NCBI GenBank assembly: GCA_947625115.1
Contig: CANQND010000006.1
Coordinates: forward strand, 72-64,071
DNA from: an uncultured Clostridia bacterium
GTDB lineage: Bacteria; Bacillota; Clostridia; Christensenellales; CAG-314
DNA: 64,000 nt
Reading direction: 5' to 3'
The notes beneath the pieces are model-generated. The model was given only the letters and a program-made list of their open reading frames with translations, did not search any database and was not told the DNA's origin. The position numbers and the translations under genes are program-made. Each line of letters begins with the position of its first letter. The first letter of the stretch is position 1. Below, in pieces: positions 8,010 through 18,861 of this stretch.

Positions 8010-8080
8010 GCTTTTGCTACTCTGCCGTCGCTTGCTGTGGGTCATCAAGCGACTGTTGTATGTGCTTGCGGCGCAAACGG

Positions 8081-8108
8081 TTGCAAAATTTTGCAAAAGA
8101 AGTATAAT
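8081..8108 (+). promoter_or_regulatory. Sigma-A-type promoter of the ABC transporter operon
   Basis: TTGCAA (8081-8086), 16-nt spacer, TATAAT (8103-8108), immediately after the last partial repeat. Confidence 0.5.
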
Positions 8109-8138
8109 AGAATCAAATACTGACGTGCGGAGGCGTAT

Positions 8139-9044
8139 ATGTCGGAAACAGTAATTGTCGCCAACGGTCTTACAAAGGTTTACAACGGAGTAAAGGTTGT
8201 GGACGGCGCAAGTTTCAATGTGGATAGCGGCGCGATCGTCGGCTTGGTGGGCAAAAACGGCGCGGGAAAAACAACGCTGTTGAGAATGTTGACGGGGTTG
8301 GTGAAACCCACGGAGGGCGACTTTGCCCTACTGCCCAACCGACAACGCGAAAGTTCGGACGTTGCCGCCATTGTGGAAAAGCCGTCGCTGTACAACAATC
8401 TGTCGGCGATGGACAACCTGAAAATTCAATGCGATTTGCTCGGAATAAAAGCCGACGGTCAATATCTTGCACAGACATTGTGCGTTGTGGGCTTGGACCC
8501 AAACGCGACAAAAAAGGTAAAAAACTATTCGTTGGGTATGCGCCAACGCTTGGCTATGGCAACGTGTCTTGTGGGCAAACCGCGCTTGCTGTTGTTGGAC
8601 GAACCGACTAACGGACTCGACCCCGAGGGTATACAGCAGATACGGGAAATTTTGTTGAAGCTGAACAGCGAAAACGGCACCACGATAATGATTTCCAGCC
8701 ATATTCTGTCCGAATTGAGCAAATTGGCAACGGAATTTATCATTATGGACAAGGGTAAAATTCTGAAACGCGTTGCCGCCTCGGAATTGGAGAGTTTTTC
8801 TTGCAAGAAGTATCGCATAACGGTAGACAAAACGGGCGTTGCAAAAGAAGTTCTTTGCTCTCTCGGTAAAGCGGAAATTGTCGGCATAACGCAGGTAGAA
8901 TTGACGGCGGAAGTTTCGGCGGCGGAAATTTTGCAAAAGCTCGGCGCGGCGGAAGTTTCGGTCAGAGCCATTGTTCAAGCGGGCGATTCCTTAGAAGAAT
9001 TTTACTTGCAGACGATAGAAGAAAAAAGCGGAGGCGAACAATGA
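8139..9044 (+). CDS. ABC transporter ATP-binding protein
   Basis: Walker [10 protein letters not shown], signature YSLGMRQRL, Walker [18 protein letters not shown] ribosome-binding site. Confidence 0.9.
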   Translation: MSETVIVANGLTKVYNGVKVVDGASFNVDSGAIVGLVGKNGAGKTTLLRMLTGLVKPTEGDFALLPNRQRESSDVAAIVEKPSLYNNLSAMDNLKIQCDLLGIKADGQYLAQTLCVVGLDPNATKKVKNYSLGMRQRLAMATCLVGKPRLLLLDEPTNGLDPEGIQQIREILLKLNSENGTTIMISSHILSELSKLATEFIIMDKGKILKRVAASELESFSCKKYRITVDKTGVAKEVLCSLGKAEIVGITQVELTAEVSAAEILQKLGAAEVSVRAIVQAGDSLEEFYLQTIEEKSGGEQ

Positions 9045-9868
9045 CCGAAATATTGAAAGTTGAGTTTTTTCGACTGAAAAAGAGCAAACTGTTTTGGATT
9101 ATGTTCGGCGTGGCGGCACTATTGCCGTTGCTGTCCGTGTTGCTGTTCACGCTGTTGGCAAACGTGTTGACGGCATTGCCGCAAGAAACGAGCGTAGACG
9201 GTTGGAGTTTTATCCGTTCGCTCAATATGACGGCGTTGTTGCTGTCCTCGTTCGGCAGTCCGTCGGACGACTCCGCTCTGCTTGCCGTGATCTGCTCGGG
9301 AATATTTTTGAGCAGAGAATTTTCCTACGGCACGCTGGGCAAAATGTTGGTTGCCCGCCGTAGTCGCGGGGAGATATACGCTTCTTACCTGTTGATTGCG
9401 CTGACCGTAGGCGCAAGCTATATGGGCGTAGCTATGCTATCCACGTTGATATTCAGCGGAAGCGTGTTCGGCTTTGGACAAATGAACGCGGCGCAATCGG
9501 TCGTTTCCGTCGTTACCGCATTTGCAATGGGGCTTGTTGCGGTAGCGTTTGTGCAGACAATGACGTGTATGTTTTTGTTCGGTACGCGCAGTCTTGCCGC
9601 GGCTATCGCGTTGCCGATAGTGATATGCAACATCGTCCCGTCCGTGATAAGCGGAATTGTAAGTTTTTGGGAAACGATAGTGACCGTAACCACCAACAAC
9701 GTTCCCAATGCCAATCTCAGTTGGATACCGCTCTACAACGCGTCGCTGTTGGATTTGTCCCAAATCGACGGGGCGTTGATAGGTAAAATCTTGCTGTATT
9801 TTGTACCTCTGTCGGTGTTTTTCGGCTGTATGGGGTGGGTATTTTTCCGCAAAGCCGATTTGAAATAG
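9041..9868 (+). CDS. ABC-2-type transporter permease
   Basis: ATGA overlap with the ATPase gene. Multiple hydrophobic spans (about 6 transmembrane segments). No specific motif recognised. Confidence 0.6.
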   Translation: MTEILKVEFFRLKKSKLFWIMFGVAALLPLLSVLLFTLLANVLTALPQETSVDGWSFIRSLNMTALLLSSFGSPSDDSALLAVICSGIFLSREFSYGTLGKMLVARRSRGEIYASYLLIALTVGASYMGVAMLSTLIFSGSVFGFGQMNAAQSVVSVVTAFAMGLVAVAFVQTMTCMFLFGTRSLAAAIALPIVICNIVPSVISGIVSFWETIVTVTTNNVPNANLSWIPLYNASLLDLSQIDGALIGKILLYFVPLSVFFGCMGWVFFRKADLK

Positions 9869-9887
9869 AGATTTTTGACAAACGCAT

Positions 9888-9921
9888 AAAACCCCGTTCG
9901 GCATTTGCCGAGCGGGGTTTT
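9888..9921. terminator. Bidirectional intrinsic terminator between convergent genes
   Basis: aaaaccccg ... cggggtttt, flanked by an A-run and a T-run. Confidence 0.7.
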
Positions 9922-9938
9922 AGATGTTCGTAAACAAG

Positions 9939-12900
9939 TTATTCGGTACGCAAAGCCACAACGGGGTCTTTCTTGGCGGCGGAACGCGACGGGATAAATC
10001 CCGAAAACATTGTAAGCAACACGCTGATTGCAACAAGTATCAACGCGGCTCCGAAAGGAAGCACCGCGTTGAGCGCGGAAATACCCGTGAGCGCGTGCAA
10101 AATCAGGTTTATGGGTATGCACAGCACATAGGTGGCAACCACACCGATAACGCCCGCGATAAAGCCGATTATTATCGTTTCGGCGTTGAACATTCCCGAT
10201 ACATCTCGCTTGGACGCGCCGATAGCGCGCAAGATACCGATTTCTTTGGTGCGTTCCTGCACGGAAATGAGGGTTATCACGCCTATCATAATGGAACTGA
10301 CTATCAACGAAATTGCGACAAAGGCAATCAACACATAGGTAACCGCGTCCACGATTTGCGTGACGGCGTTCATCATTATCGCCACAAAATCGGTTGAATC
10401 TATTTTTTCCTCTTCTTTGGTGCGTTCGGAATTGTAACGTTCGATCTCCGCAGAAATTACCTCTTTTGCGTCGAAACTGCTTGCGTAAATATCTATCGCA
10501 GTGGGTTCGTCGAGGTCAATATTGTTGAGTTTCTTCATATTGTCCTCGTAGGTGGAGGAGGAAAATTGCTCGTTGTCGTAGTACAGGGCAAGCGTTTCGT
10601 TCGATTTGCCCTCGATGGCGTCAGCCATTTGCGCTTCCTTCATTTCCTCCGACAATTGTTCAAACGCCGCTTTCTGCGGGGCGATAACGCTATCCAACAT
10701 AGTAACGTACTGCTTGCGGACGTAATTGCACAGCACGTCATCAGACAAACCTTGCAGGCGCGATAACGTTTCCTCTTTGTCGGAACCGAATTGTTCAAGC
10801 ATTTCCGCAAAGTACTCCGCCAAAGAAATTTCCCGCTCCACTGCGGCGTCTTTGGCGTTTTGAATTTGTTGCTCCGCCATATCCAATTTTACGATGTTCC
10901 AATAAGCGTTCTTTTTCATCTCGGGCGAAAGAGCGTTGTAGTACTCGCGGTAGGCTATCGCCTTTTCCTCGTCGGTCATTCTGTTGTTGCCCTGCGGGAA
11001 CGCCTTGCCCGTGAATATATCCACTTCGGGGTTGTCGATTTGCGCTTGCACCGCGGGGGTATTTGCAGAGTTGCTTATCATATATTCGGTAAGTGCGTGA
11101 GTGTAGGCTATGGAACCCGACAACAGCGTCGTTGTGGAATCTTCTTTGGGCCACACGATGCCGCTTACTTTCAAGGGTACGCTGTTTTTTTCGTAAAGTT
11201 CGTTCAACGCCGCGTCGTCCTTGCCGTCACCTTCGGTTATGTCGTACCACTTTCTGTCCAGCTCGTTTTCTTTGTACAGATAGCCGTTGAGTATCAACCG
11301 ACAATTTTGGTTGGTTTGACTCAAAATGTCGTCGAACGACCAACTTTTGACATTTGTGGCAGAGGGCGTTTTGTTGCCGCTATCAATGTCGTCATACAGC
11401 GTGTCCAAGTAGTCGTCGCCCAAAATGCCCAGCGTAACAAGAGCCATATCGCTCATTTCCATATTTTTGTTCAACACCAACACCACTTGATCGTACGCGG
11501 CGGGCCAATTGCCGTAAATATTGTATTGGTCGGTTATCAGCTTGTTCACAAATCCGCCGTTTTTGTTCGGCAACATTTCCTGCCAGATGTTCATAGAGAA
11601 ATTCATCATTGACTGCATATACTGCCCCATTGCCGACTGCATATTGCCGCCCAGCAATCTCGGAACAATATCGTTCATCTTTTTGGCGACGCTCGTTTCC
11701 TCTATCACGCCGTCGATAGTTTTGGAAAACACGCGCATATCGGCGTCATAGCGGTACTGTACCCCCGAAACGGCACCGTACAACGCGCTGTTTTCGTCGG
11801 CAAGTTCTTTGTCCAAAAATTCCTTTTTGAATGTTTTCAGGTCGTTGGAAATGCCCTGCGAACTTTTGATTACGTTCGCCACATTGTAGATAAGAGTGCT
11901 GTTGTAAAGCGTGTTGGCTTCGCGATCCTTGGAGGACTGTTCGTTAATGTTGTCCATCATCGTACCCACCAATGCGCCCAAGTCCATTGCCGTGGACTCT
12001 ATCGTCAGAGGATAGCTGGATAACGTTTGCTCTTCAACGTAGGCAATGTACTGCGTCATTCCCTGACTGACGGACAAAATAAGCGCGATACCGATAATGC
12101 CGATACTGCCCGCAAAAGACGTCAAAATGGTACGTCCCTTTTTTGTGAACAAATTGTTGAGGGACAGCTTAAACGCCGTCCAAAACGACATTGAGGAACG
12201 TTTCTTTTTGTTTTTCTTTTTCTTGGCAACGCGCCCCTCGTTCTGCTCGGGGTTTTCCACCATTTCTTGCAACGATTTCGACGTTGCTTCTTTTTGCTTT
12301 TCCGCGTCGTATTCTTCCACGGTGAGCGGCTTGCTGTCGTCAACGATAACGCCGTCCAAAACGCGAATTATTCTCGATGAATACCTCTCGGCAAGTTCGG
12401 GGTTGTGCGTTACCATTATCACAAGACGGTCTTGCGACATTTCTTTGAGCAGTTCCATTATCTGAATACCCGTTTCGGTATCCAGCGCGCCCGTGGGTTC
12501 GTCGGCGAGGATTATCTTTGGGTCGTTGACGAGTGCGCGCGCAATAGCTACGCGTTGCATTTGTCCGCCGCTCAATTGGTTGGGGCGTTTGTTTATCTGT
12601 TCGCCCAAACCGACTTTTTTGAGAGCCTCTTCGGCGCGGGATTTGCGGTCTTTCTTGGGAACGCCCGCAAGAGTAAGTGCCAACTCTACGTTTTTCAGCA
12701 CCGATTGGTGGGGAATGAGGTTGTAGGTTTGAAACACAAAACCTATCGTGTGATTGCGATACGTGTCCCAATCCCTGTCCTTGTAGTTCTTGGTGGAAAC
12801 GCCGTCTATCACCAAATCGCCCGTTGTGTACTTGTCCAAACCTCCGATTATGTTGAGCAGCGTGGTTTTTCCGCAACCGCTCGGTCCCAACACGGACACA

Positions 12901-12998
12901 AATTCGCTTGTTCTGAATTGCAAATCTATGCCTTTCAACGCATGCACAACGCTGTCTGCCACGGGATAGTCTTTTACTATTTGTTTTAATTCGAGCAT
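9939..12998 (-). CDS. MacB/FtsX-type fused ABC transporter (ATPase plus permease with a large extracytoplasmic domain)
   Basis: Walker [37 protein letters not shown]-terminal FtsX-like transmembrane segments with [22 protein letters not shown] at 12998 after AGGA (the track start 13022 lies upstream). Confidence 0.85.
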   Translation of the reverse strand: MLELKQIVKDYPVADSVVHALKGIDLQFRTSEFVSVLGPSGCGKTTLLNIIGGLDKYTTGDLVIDGVSTKNYKDRDWDTYRNHTIGFVFQTYNLIPHQSVLKNVELALTLAGVPKKDRKSRAEEALKKVGLGEQINKRPNQLSGGQMQRVAIARALVNDPKIILADEPTGALDTETGIQIMELLKEMSQDRLVIMVTHNPELAERYSSRIIRVLDGVIVDDSKPLTVEEYDAEKQKEATSKSLQEMVENPEQNEGRVAKKKKNKKKRSSMSFWTAFKLSLNNLFTKKGRTILTSFAGSIGIIGIALILSVSQGMTQYIAYVEEQTLSSYPLTIESTAMDLGALVGTMMDNINEQSSKDREANTLYNSTLIYNVANVIKSSQGISNDLKTFKKEFLDKELADENSALYGAVSGVQYRYDADMRVFSKTIDGVIEETSVAKKMNDIVPRLLGGNMQSAMGQYMQSMMNFSMNIWQEMLPNKNGGFVNKLITDQYNIYGNWPAAYDQVVLVLNKNMEMSDMALVTLGILGDDYLDTLYDDIDSGNKTPSATNVKSWSFDDILSQTNQNCRLILNGYLYKENELDRKWYDITEGDGKDDAALNELYEKNSVPLKVSGIVWPKEDSTTTLLSGSIAYTHALTEYMISNSANTPAVQAQIDNPEVDIFTGKAFPQGNNRMTDEEKAIAYREYYNALSPEMKKNAYWNIVKLDMAEQQIQNAKDAAVEREISLAEYFAEMLEQFGSDKEETLSRLQGLSDDVLCNYVRKQYVTMLDSVIAPQKAAFEQLSEEMKEAQMADAIEGKSNETLALYYDNEQFSSSTYEDNMKKLNNIDLDEPTAIDIYASSFDAKEVISAEIERYNSERTKEEEKIDSTDFVAIMMNAVTQIVDAVTYVLIAFVAISLIVSSIMIGVITLISVQERTKEIGILRAIGASKRDVSGMFNAETIIIGFIAGVIGVVATYVLCIPINLILHALTGISALNAVLPFGAALILVAISVLLTMFSGFIPSRSAAKKDPVVALRTE

Positions 12999-13125
12999 TG
13001 CTGTTCCTCGTCTTATCGTCAAATTAGTTCAAAATTGAACTTTTTTTATAATATAGCACGCCGACGGACGCTTGTCAAACGTTTGTCGGCGGTACTAAAT
13101 ATATATATGGGTTTTATTTGTCCAA

Positions 13126-13758
13126 TCAGTCGTTGTCGGTGACGTCTGCGTCCTTGTCGGTTTTGCGAGGTTTGGTTGCGGGCGCGTCCGAAAGATATTT
13201 GGCGAGAACGCCTCCGCGTTGCAAAGCGAAAAGTATCGCGGGGATAAGCACCAATTGCAGGACGATCCCCGCCCACGTAGAAGTAAAATTACCCAACAAT
13301 TTTGTCCCCAATGCGGCAAAATAGGTGGTTGCGTCACTCATCATAAAAAACGCCCCTACAAACGCGTTGAGCAAACGCCCCGCGATCATTGCCGTCACAA
13401 GTGCCAAAACGGAGGCAAATCGATTTGTTTTGGGGTTTTTGAGAAAGACCCAACGCATAAGTCCCGTAACGAAACCGTACGTTGCCAATTCGATGATCAT
13501 AGGTATCAATCCCGCGGGAAAAGGCGGGCGCGCTCCGCCCGTGGACAAAAAGGACATAAGGGGAGTTACCACTCCGCATATAAGTCCCAAGTACGGACCG
13601 CAAAGTATGCCGCAAAGCAACACGGGGAAGTGCATAGGGCTGAACAGCGACGACAGCGCGACGTCACCGAAAGCGTGGAAAACGCTTGCCGCAATGACCG
13701 CGACGGCGGCAAGCATAGCCGTTGTAACGACATTCAACGTTGTAAATTTGATTTTCAC
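13126..13758 (-). CDS. ECF-transporter S-component-like membrane protein
   Basis: Pattern PMHFPVLLCGILCGPYLG...MIIELATYGFVTGL is typical of ECF substrate-capture subunits. GTG start preceded by GAGG. Confidence 0.55.
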   Translation of the reverse strand: MKIKFTTLNVVTTAMLAAVAVIAASVFHAFGDVALSSLFSPMHFPVLLCGILCGPYLGLICGVVTPLMSFLSTGGARPPFPAGLIPMIIELATYGFVTGLMRWVFLKNPKTNRFASVLALVTAMIAGRLLNAFVGAFFMMSDATTYFAALGTKLLGNFTSTWAGIVLQLVLIPAILFALQRGGVLAKYLSDAPATKPRKTDKDADVTDND

Positions 13759-13793
13759 GGTTTACCTCTCTTTCGCTGTGCGTACACAAAAAT

Positions 13794-15446
13794 TTATTTG
13801 AAAAAGTCGTCCGTCTGCGACTTTATCGCTTCAAAACGCGCTCTGTTGCCGCTTTCGTCGCCTTTGACGGTTACGTAACACTTAACAAGCGGTTCCGTTC
13901 CGCTGGGACGAACTATCAACTGACTGCCGTCCGCGCTACGCAAGCGCAACACGTCCGATTTGGGCAGATCGTATTCCGTTTGAGTAAGAAAATCGCATAC
14001 GTCGGTGACGGGGCTTGCGCCGAGAGCTGTAAAGGGACGTTTTCGCAACAATTCGAGCAAACGCTCCTTGTTTTCCGCTCCGCTCAGTCCGTCGAAGCGG
14101 TAACTGACGGTACTTTGGAAATAATGACCGTATTCGCCGTACAGTTCGTTCAGGCGCGAAACAAGCGTTTTTCCCTGCGATTTGAGTACCGTCGCACACT
14201 CGGCAACGAGCAACGCGGCGACCACGCCGTCCTTATCGCGGACGTAACTGCCCTTTAAGTAGCCGCAACTCTCTTCAAAACCGAACAAATATCTGTCTAA
14301 ACGCCCCTCCGCTTCCAACTTGGCGATAACGTTGCCTATGTACTTGAACCCCGTCAAAACATCGCGAACTTCCGCCCCGAAACGGCGCGCAACCGCGTCC
14401 AACATAGGAGTAGTCACTATCGTCTTTACCAACACAGGATCGCGAGGCAAATCGCCGTTTTTGCTCAACTCGGTCAGGATAAAGTCGGCGAGAAGCACGC
14501 CCACTTCGTTACCGCTCAACTGACGGAAACCGTCGCCGTCCGCCGCCGCAACGCCGAGTCGATCGCAATCGGGGTCGTTGGCAATGATAACGTCCGCGTG
14601 CAACTTGGCGGCTACTTTCTTTGCAAGAGAAAGCGTTTCGGGCTTTTCGGGGTTGGGATAGGGACAGGTGGGGAAGTTGCCGTCGGGATACGCTTGTTCC
14701 GACACGGTTGCAACTTCCAAACCCGCGCGACGAAGCGTTTCGGGCGTGACGCGATAACCCGCGCCGTTCAGCGGAGTGTACACCGCTTTCAGCCCCTCCA
14801 ACGGAGCATAAGTAAGCCGTTCGCTCAAAACGCGGTCTATGTACATTTCTTCCAACAGCTTGTCGGTGTACTGTACCAGATTGCCCTCGTACAGAGCAAA
14901 GTCGGGCAGGGGCTTTTCAAACAAACGCACTCCGTCGATGTAGCCCGTAACTTCGGCGGCGGCTTCGTCCAAAAGCTGACAGCCGCTTGCGTCGTACACC
15001 TTGTAGCCGTTGTACTCGGCGGGATTGTGACTTGCCGTTACGTTTACGCCGACGCTGCAATGCAACTCCCTAACCATAAAGGACAAATACGGCGTGGGCA
15101 TACACTCCGACGTAAGGTAAACCCTTATCCCGTGACTTGCCAACGTGGCGGAAGCCAATTCGCAAAACTTTTTGCTGTTGTTGCGCGAATCGTAGGTGAT
15201 GGCGCAACTGCGCATACCGTGCGCCTCCATATATCGCGCCAAACCCTCCGTTGCGCGGTAGACGGTGTAAACGTTCATACGCGCCGTTCCCGCAGACATA
15301 ACGCCCCTAAGACCCGCCGTGCCGAAAGAAAGTTCTCCGCCGAAAGCCTCTTTGCGCTCCTCCTCGCTCATAGCTTGCAATTCCGCAAGCAGTTGCGGAT
15401 CGGTAACTTTGTTGCACCACTCGTTGTAGCTGTCGATATAACTCAT
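13794..15446 (-). CDS. Phosphoglucomutase/phosphomannomutase-family phosphosugar mutase
   Basis: Active-site loop VTASHNPAEYNGYKVY. Mg loop ANDPDCDRLG. 550 aa. Confidence 0.85.
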   Translation of the reverse strand: MSYIDSYNEWCNKVTDPQLLAELQAMSEEERKEAFGGELSFGTAGLRGVMSAGTARMNVYTVYRATEGLARYMEAHGMRSCAITYDSRNNSKKFCELASATLASHGIRVYLTSECMPTPYLSFMVRELHCSVGVNVTASHNPAEYNGYKVYDASGCQLLDEAAAEVTGYIDGVRLFEKPLPDFALYEGNLVQYTDKLLEEMYIDRVLSERLTYAPLEGLKAVYTPLNGAGYRVTPETLRRAGLEVATVSEQAYPDGNFPTCPYPNPEKPETLSLAKKVAAKLHADVIIANDPDCDRLGVAAADGDGFRQLSGNEVGVLLADFILTELSKNGDLPRDPVLVKTIVTTPMLDAVARRFGAEVRDVLTGFKYIGNVIAKLEAEGRLDRYLFGFEESCGYLKGSYVRDKDGVVAALLVAECATVLKSQGKTLVSRLNELYGEYGHYFQSTVSYRFDGLSGAENKERLLELLRKRPFTALGASPVTDVCDFLTQTEYDLPKSDVLRLRSADGSQLIVRPSGTEPLVKCYVTVKGDESGNRARFEAIKSQTDDFFK

Positions 15447-15458
15447 TTTTTAGCCTCG

Positions 15459-16697
15459 CTATCTTACCGTTATGTTTTCCGTACCCGCAAGAGTACAGGA
15501 GAGAAATGCCGAAACGGCTTTCCTCATTGTTTCGATATCCTCGATACCGCACGTTTCGCAAGCGGAATGCATTGCAAGTTGCGCAATGCCTATGTCGCAA
15601 ACTTTCATTCCCAATTCCCGCGCGGTAACCAAACCGAGAGTACTGCCGCCCGACAGTTCGCTGTTGTTGTACAGATCCTGATAGGGCAGATTGACGTCCT
15701 GCAATATCCGCTTGAATACCGCCGCGCTCAATCCGTCGGTGGCGTAGTTTACGTGATGTTTAACAACGACGCCGCCGTTTAGCCTGCAACGGTACATAGG
15801 GTCGTGTTTTTCGGGGTGAGCGGGGTGCGCCGCATGCCCGTTGTCCACCGAAAGCACCATACCGTTTTCCGCGGCGTACATCTGCTCGGTGGGAGTGATC
15901 TCCAACGCGGCGCAAATGCAATTCAAAACCTGTTTCAAAAAGCTCGGCGCGCCCTGACGCGTACCGCTGCCTATTTCTTCGTTATCAAGACAGGCAACGA
16001 CGGCTATCCCCTGCGGTTCGGCTTCCGTCAAGGCGTAGAGAGAAGCGTACACGCTTGTGAGATTGTCTATCCTTGCCGAACACAGAAATTCGTTATGCAA
16101 ACCGCACTCGAACGCTTCCGACGCGGGGACGACGTACAAGTCGGCGTCGAGAACTTTTCCGTTAGTCAAACTTGCGTACAGATCCGCCTCTCCCTGCGAA
16201 AAAAGCGGCAACAGATCCGTTTGCAATTTAAGCGGGGGTTTTTCGTTGGACTCGCGATTGAGGTGAATAGCCAAGCTCGGCACAACGACGTTGTAATCGC
16301 TGACTGCCAATTGCTGTTCCACGCCGTCGGGAGTTTCCACCAAAAGCCGCCCCGCAACTTTCAACTGACGGTCGAAATAGCTGTACAGCAAGCCGCCGCC
16401 ATACTTTTCGGTGTTGAGCCGTTTGAGTCCCTCGCTTTCGATGAGCCTATCGCCCTTTATTTTGAGCGACGGGCTGTCGGTGTGACTGACCGCAATGTTA
16501 AAAACATTGCTTTGCCCCAAGCAAAACGCCACCACCGAACTGCCGTTGCGCGTAACGTAGTAGCCTCTTCCGCGCTCCAATTGCCAACTGTCGCCGAGCG
16601 TAAGTTGTACAAAGCCGTTTTCTTTGAGAATTTCGCAGGCGTTTGACGTTGTGTGATACGCAGTGTAACTGCCGTCCAAAAACTGTTTCAGTTCCAT
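15459..16697 (-). CDS. M18-family (aspartyl) aminopeptidase
   Basis: SHTDSPSLKIKG, CLDNEEIGSGTRQGA, and SGGSTLG near the C-terminus. AAGGAG ribosome-binding site. Confidence 0.8.
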   Translation of the reverse strand: MELKQFLDGSYTAYHTTSNACEILKENGFVQLTLGDSWQLERGRGYYVTRNGSSVVAFCLGQSNVFNIAVSHTDSPSLKIKGDRLIESEGLKRLNTEKYGGGLLYSYFDRQLKVAGRLLVETPDGVEQQLAVSDYNVVVPSLAIHLNRESNEKPPLKLQTDLLPLFSQGEADLYASLTNGKVLDADLYVVPASEAFECGLHNEFLCSARIDNLTSVYASLYALTEAEPQGIAVVACLDNEEIGSGTRQGAPSFLKQVLNCICAALEITPTEQMYAAENGMVLSVDNGHAAHPAHPEKHDPMYRCRLNGGVVVKHHVNYATDGLSAAVFKRILQDVNLPYQDLYNNSELSGGSTLGLVTARELGMKVCDIGIAQLAMHSACETCGIEDIETMRKAVSAFLSCTLAGTENITVR

Positions 16698-16715
16698 ATT
16701 CTCTTCTCCTTTTCC

Positions 16716-17594
16716 TTATCTGTGCGACAAAACGCATTTGACTATGTGTTGAGCGTACGCCCGAGCGACGTTTACGCCCGTAACTTTTTCTGCCATTTCA
16801 AACATTGCGTTGCTGTTTACCTCGCACAACTTTGGCTCGTCGGTAAGCAGTACGTCCGCCCCGCAAAAATCCAATCCGATGATATTTGCGGCTTTTTCGC
16901 ACAAATCGGCTATTTCGCGTGGAACGTCCGCTCCCTTGCATTTGCCTCCGAGAGCCGCGTTGGAGCGGAAATCGACGTCGTTTTCGCGCAACATACCGCA
17001 CACAACTTTGCCGCCTATGACGATAACGCGCATATCTTTGCCGCCGCTTTGCGCTTCGTACCGTTGCAACAGACAGGGTTTTGTTTTGACCCTTTCCAAA
17101 ACGGTTTTCAACTCGGACTCATCTTTGCAAAGATACACTTGTTCGCCGAAACTGCCGTGGCACTCCTTTACGACAACGGGCATACCCAACGTTTGCGCCG
17201 CCTTGCGCAGATATTCGTCGTTGGCGACAACGGCTTCGGGGTTGTAGCAAAGCGGACCCGCAACGCTATCGGGCATTGGTATCCCGCAATCGGCAAGCGT
17301 AACGTGCGTGAGCATTTTGTCGTCGCAAATTTCAGTGGCGGCGGCGCGATTGAACAGGCGCATACCCGCCTTTTCCAACAACCGAGCCGCAATGCGTTCC
17401 TTGTCGAAATACAAAACAAAATCGGCGGAGATATTGCAGACGGTTTCGCCGTTTTTTACATATACGGCAAACCCGTCGTTAGCTACCGTTTCCGTTTTTA
17501 CGCCCAAGCGCGCAAATTCCTCGCGCATACGCAAAACTTTGCGTTTTTGCACGGGATAGCCGTCGTACGGATTTACCAAAATAACGCCTTTCAT
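16716..17594 (-). CDS. ATP-grasp (RimK-like) ligase
   Basis: ATP-grasp-like pattern (PVVVKECHGSFGEQVYL, DMRVIVIGGKVV, FCGADVLL..EPKLCEVNSN). No obvious ribosome-binding site. Confidence 0.55.
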   Translation of the reverse strand: MKGVILVNPYDGYPVQKRKVLRMREEFARLGVKTETVANDGFAVYVKNGETVCNISADFVLYFDKERIAARLLEKAGMRLFNRAAATEICDDKMLTHVTLADCGIPMPDSVAGPLCYNPEAVVANDEYLRKAAQTLGMPVVVKECHGSFGEQVYLCKDESELKTVLERVKTKPCLLQRYEAQSGGKDMRVIVIGGKVVCGMLRENDVDFRSNAALGGKCKGADVPREIADLCEKAANIIGLDFCGADVLLTDEPKLCEVNSNAMFEMAEKVTGVNVARAYAQHIVKCVLSHR

Positions 17595-17691
17595 AACATA
17601 ACAGTATACAATAAATATAAATTACAGTCAAGATTTGGAAATAAATTGAGCGCATTGCTACGCAAATATCGGCTGTCTTTTGCCCATTACG

Positions 17692-17722
17692 ACAAAATAC
17701 GCTCCCTTTGCGCGAGCGTATT
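17692..17722 (-). terminator. Intrinsic terminator after the ger operon
   Basis: aatacgctc / gagcgtatt 9-bp stem, followed by tttt on the minus strand. Confidence 0.5.
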
Positions 17723-17736
17723 TGTTCGAGGAAAAA

Positions 17737-18861
17737 TCAACTTTCCGTTACCTGTACAGATAGTTTGACGGGAAATTCGCTCATCGGCTTTTGCGAAAGC
17801 GCGTCGCTCGAACCCTGTTTGCGGCGGTATGCCTCGTGAAATTTGAGCAAATCGAAATTGTACTTTACCTGCGCGGCGAGATAGTTTTCGGCAATGCGGC
17901 GCGCCTGTTCGGCAACATCGTCCAAAATTTTTTGACTTATCTCCTTGTCGTTTTTCGCAGTGACGGGACCGCTTACCTCTTCGCTGTCCGTTCTGCCGTA
18001 GCGCACCGTCAAATTTATCTGCGCGTCAAAACCGCCCTTGCCGTCGGGGTTTAGCTTTACGTCCTTGTTGGTCACCTGAACGGTACGGGTCACTTCGTCT
18101 TTGTAGGAAACGAACGTTTCGCCGTACACCTCGGGCAGAAACAACGACATTCCCGCGGTTAGCTCTGCGTCAAGGGTCGTTACGTAATTGCTATCTCTGA
18201 ACACGCACAACTCGCGATAGGCAATGTAGCCGAGTTCTTTGTCGGGCAAGTTTCCGTCGGTGTTTTGCGACGGCACAAACTTTACTCGATTGAGAAAACC
18301 CGTGCGGCTGAGTTCGTTTTGACTGCGGGCGTATTGCAACATACTGTTGTTGGTAACGGCTATTTTTTCCGCCTGATCGAGCAACGCCGTGGAAATGGCA
18401 ATGGACATACTCTGCGCCAGCGCGTTACCCTTGTTGAACAGACTTTCCGCTTTTCCCTCGCAACAACAAACCACCGCGCTCTCTTTGAAACTGTGGTGAT
18501 TTATGAAGTAGTCTGTCAAATCGCTAAAATCGACGTTTTCGTAGTAGTCCTGACCCAACACAAGCACAACGCACTGCCCGAGGGAAGCCTCTTTACCCGT
18601 TACCTGCGCTATGTTCTGAATGGCGATGTTTATCGTTCTGCCCGTTACGGTAACTATTTTGCTGAAAGTTCCCACCTGTTCGGTCCCGTTGCCCGGAGAA
18701 ACGATTTCGCACGTCAAGGTTATGCCCTCTTCCGCTCGATCCACGCCCATACCCAAAATTATGGCGCGATCCATAACGTCGCTACCCTTAAAACTGACAG
18801 CCACCGCCGCCGCAACGGCGACGACAAGCAGCACTACGCCCAAACGTTTGAGATTACTCAC
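17737..18861 (-). CDS. Ger(x)C-family spore germination protein
   Basis: Third gene of a gerA-type operon. N-terminal signal anchor then AIILGMGVD. GTG start with a GGAGG ribosome-binding site. Overlaps the gerAB-like stop. Confidence 0.7.
   Translation of the reverse strand: MSNLKRLGVVLLVVAVAAAVAVSFKGSDVMDRAIILGMGVDRAEEGITLTCEIVSPGNGTEQVGTFSKIVTVTGRTINIAIQNIAQVTGKEASLGQCVVLVLGQDYYENVDFSDLTDYFINHHSFKESAVVCCCEGKAESLFNKGNALAQSMSIAISTALLDQAEKIAVTNNSMLQYARSQNELSRTGFLNRVKFVPSQNTDGNLPDKELGYIAYRELCVFRDSNYVTTLDAELTAGMSLFLPEVYGETFVSYKDEVTRTVQVTNKDVKLNPDGKGGFDAQINLTVRYGRTDSEEVSGPVTAKNDKEISQKILDDVAEQARRIAENYLAAQVKYNFDLLKFHEAYRRKQGSSDALSQKPMSEFPVKLSVQVTES

Larger units (their letters stand above)
7282..8076 (+). 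repeat. Tandem direct repeat, period 254 bp (253 for the last unit), 3 full units plus a 34-bp partial
   Basis: catcaagcgactgttgtatg... starts at 7282, 7536, 7790 and 8043. Each unit holds rpmE codons 10-68, the stop, a terminator hairpin and about 40 nt of spacer. Copies differ at roughly a dozen positions each. Confidence 0.95.

Noticed and set aside
7282-8076. Could the regular repeats be a CRISPR array?
   Set aside because: The units are 254 bp and directly abutting, with no unique spacers. They are plainly copies of rpmE coding sequence plus its terminator. No cas genes are nearby.
13022-13022. Upstream track starts for several genes (13022, 28405, 24904, 29522, 31392, 34397, 36434, 50297, 52592, 55440, 62916)
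   Set aside because: In each case an internal ATG preceded by a good AGGAG-type site, or an ATGA overlap with the upstream gene, coincides with the conserved N-terminus of the family. The longer versions start at TTG/GTG codons or inside terminators or promoters, so the shorter coordinates are reported.
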